This document shows, one piece after another, positions 63,774-64,000 of a stretch of DNA of 64,000 nucleotides (within the stretch, counting starts at the first letter, position 1; every line of letters begins with the position of its first letter). The notes below the pieces were generated by a model that worked only from the letters and a program-made list of their open reading frames with translations, was not told the origin of the DNA and did no database searches. Source of the stretch: the human T2T-CHM13v2.0 reference genome, Homo sapiens. Location of the stretch: assembly GCF_009914755.1 (NCBI RefSeq), contig NC_060938.1; one strand, 5' to 3'. A program made the translations under genes and the position numbers.

Positions 63774-64000
63774 AAAGACAGGGTATCACTACGTTGCTGC
63801 AGTGCAGTGGCTATTCACAAGTGCAATCCTGCTACTGTTCAGCACGAGAGTTTTGACCTGCTTTATTTCCAACCTGGGCCAGTTCACTCCTCCTTAGGCA
63901 ACCTGGTAGTCCCCCAGTCACTCCCTGGAGGTCACCATATCAATGCCAAGCTTAGTGCAACATCCAATCAGCATAGCTCACCACAGTCCAGAACTCCTGG
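63774..64000 (-). pseudogene. 7SL (SRP RNA) pseudogene (RN7SL-P class); 5' about 70 nt lie beyond the window
   Basis: The reverse complement contains the 7SL S-domain absent from Alu: ATATGGTGACCTCC...CCAGGTTGCCTAAGGAGGAGTGAAC...GCAGGTCAAAACTC...GTGAATAGCCACTGCAC. Many CpG-decay substitutions and small indels are present. Confidence 0.95.

Overview
Primate (human-like) non-coding genomic DNA, intergenic or deep intronic. I find no protein-coding gene, tRNA, rRNA or CRISPR array, and the longer ORFs I examined trace to repeats or low-complexity DNA. Much of the window is recognisable interspersed repeat. This includes five Alus, many MIR and L2 fragments, old L1 pieces, DNA transposons (Tigger2a, Charlie1a, MER58A, MER20, MER63, MER5 and a near full-length HSMAR1 mariner), solo LTRs (LTR10-like, THE1D x2, MLT1, MLT2, LTR47-like) and two complete MaLR proviruses (MLT1A-type and THE1A). 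A 7SL (RN7SL) pseudogene runs off the right edge. Between the repeats are several unique blocks rich in homeobox, TCF/LEF and octamer motifs or retained CpGs, which look like distal developmental enhancers (inference only). I do not see a new multi-gene system. The best leads are small, testable events: (1) a probable unannotated mRNA 3'-end retrocopy inside Charlie1a; (2) an antisense Alu that supplies an in-frame ATG to the HSMAR1 DNA-binding domain; (3) a 10-bp duplication in an Alu that creates a perfect DR4 nuclear-receptor element; (4) a THE1A provirus whose 5' LTR alone has lost its poly(A) signal; (5) a G-quadruplex/GC-box insert in an MLT1A LTR; (6) a (GGAA)15 microsatellite at an L2 tail. 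Repeat subfamily names come from my recall of consensus sequences and need RepeatMasker/Dfam confirmation. Boundaries of old repeats without a visible target-site duplication (TSD) are approximate.
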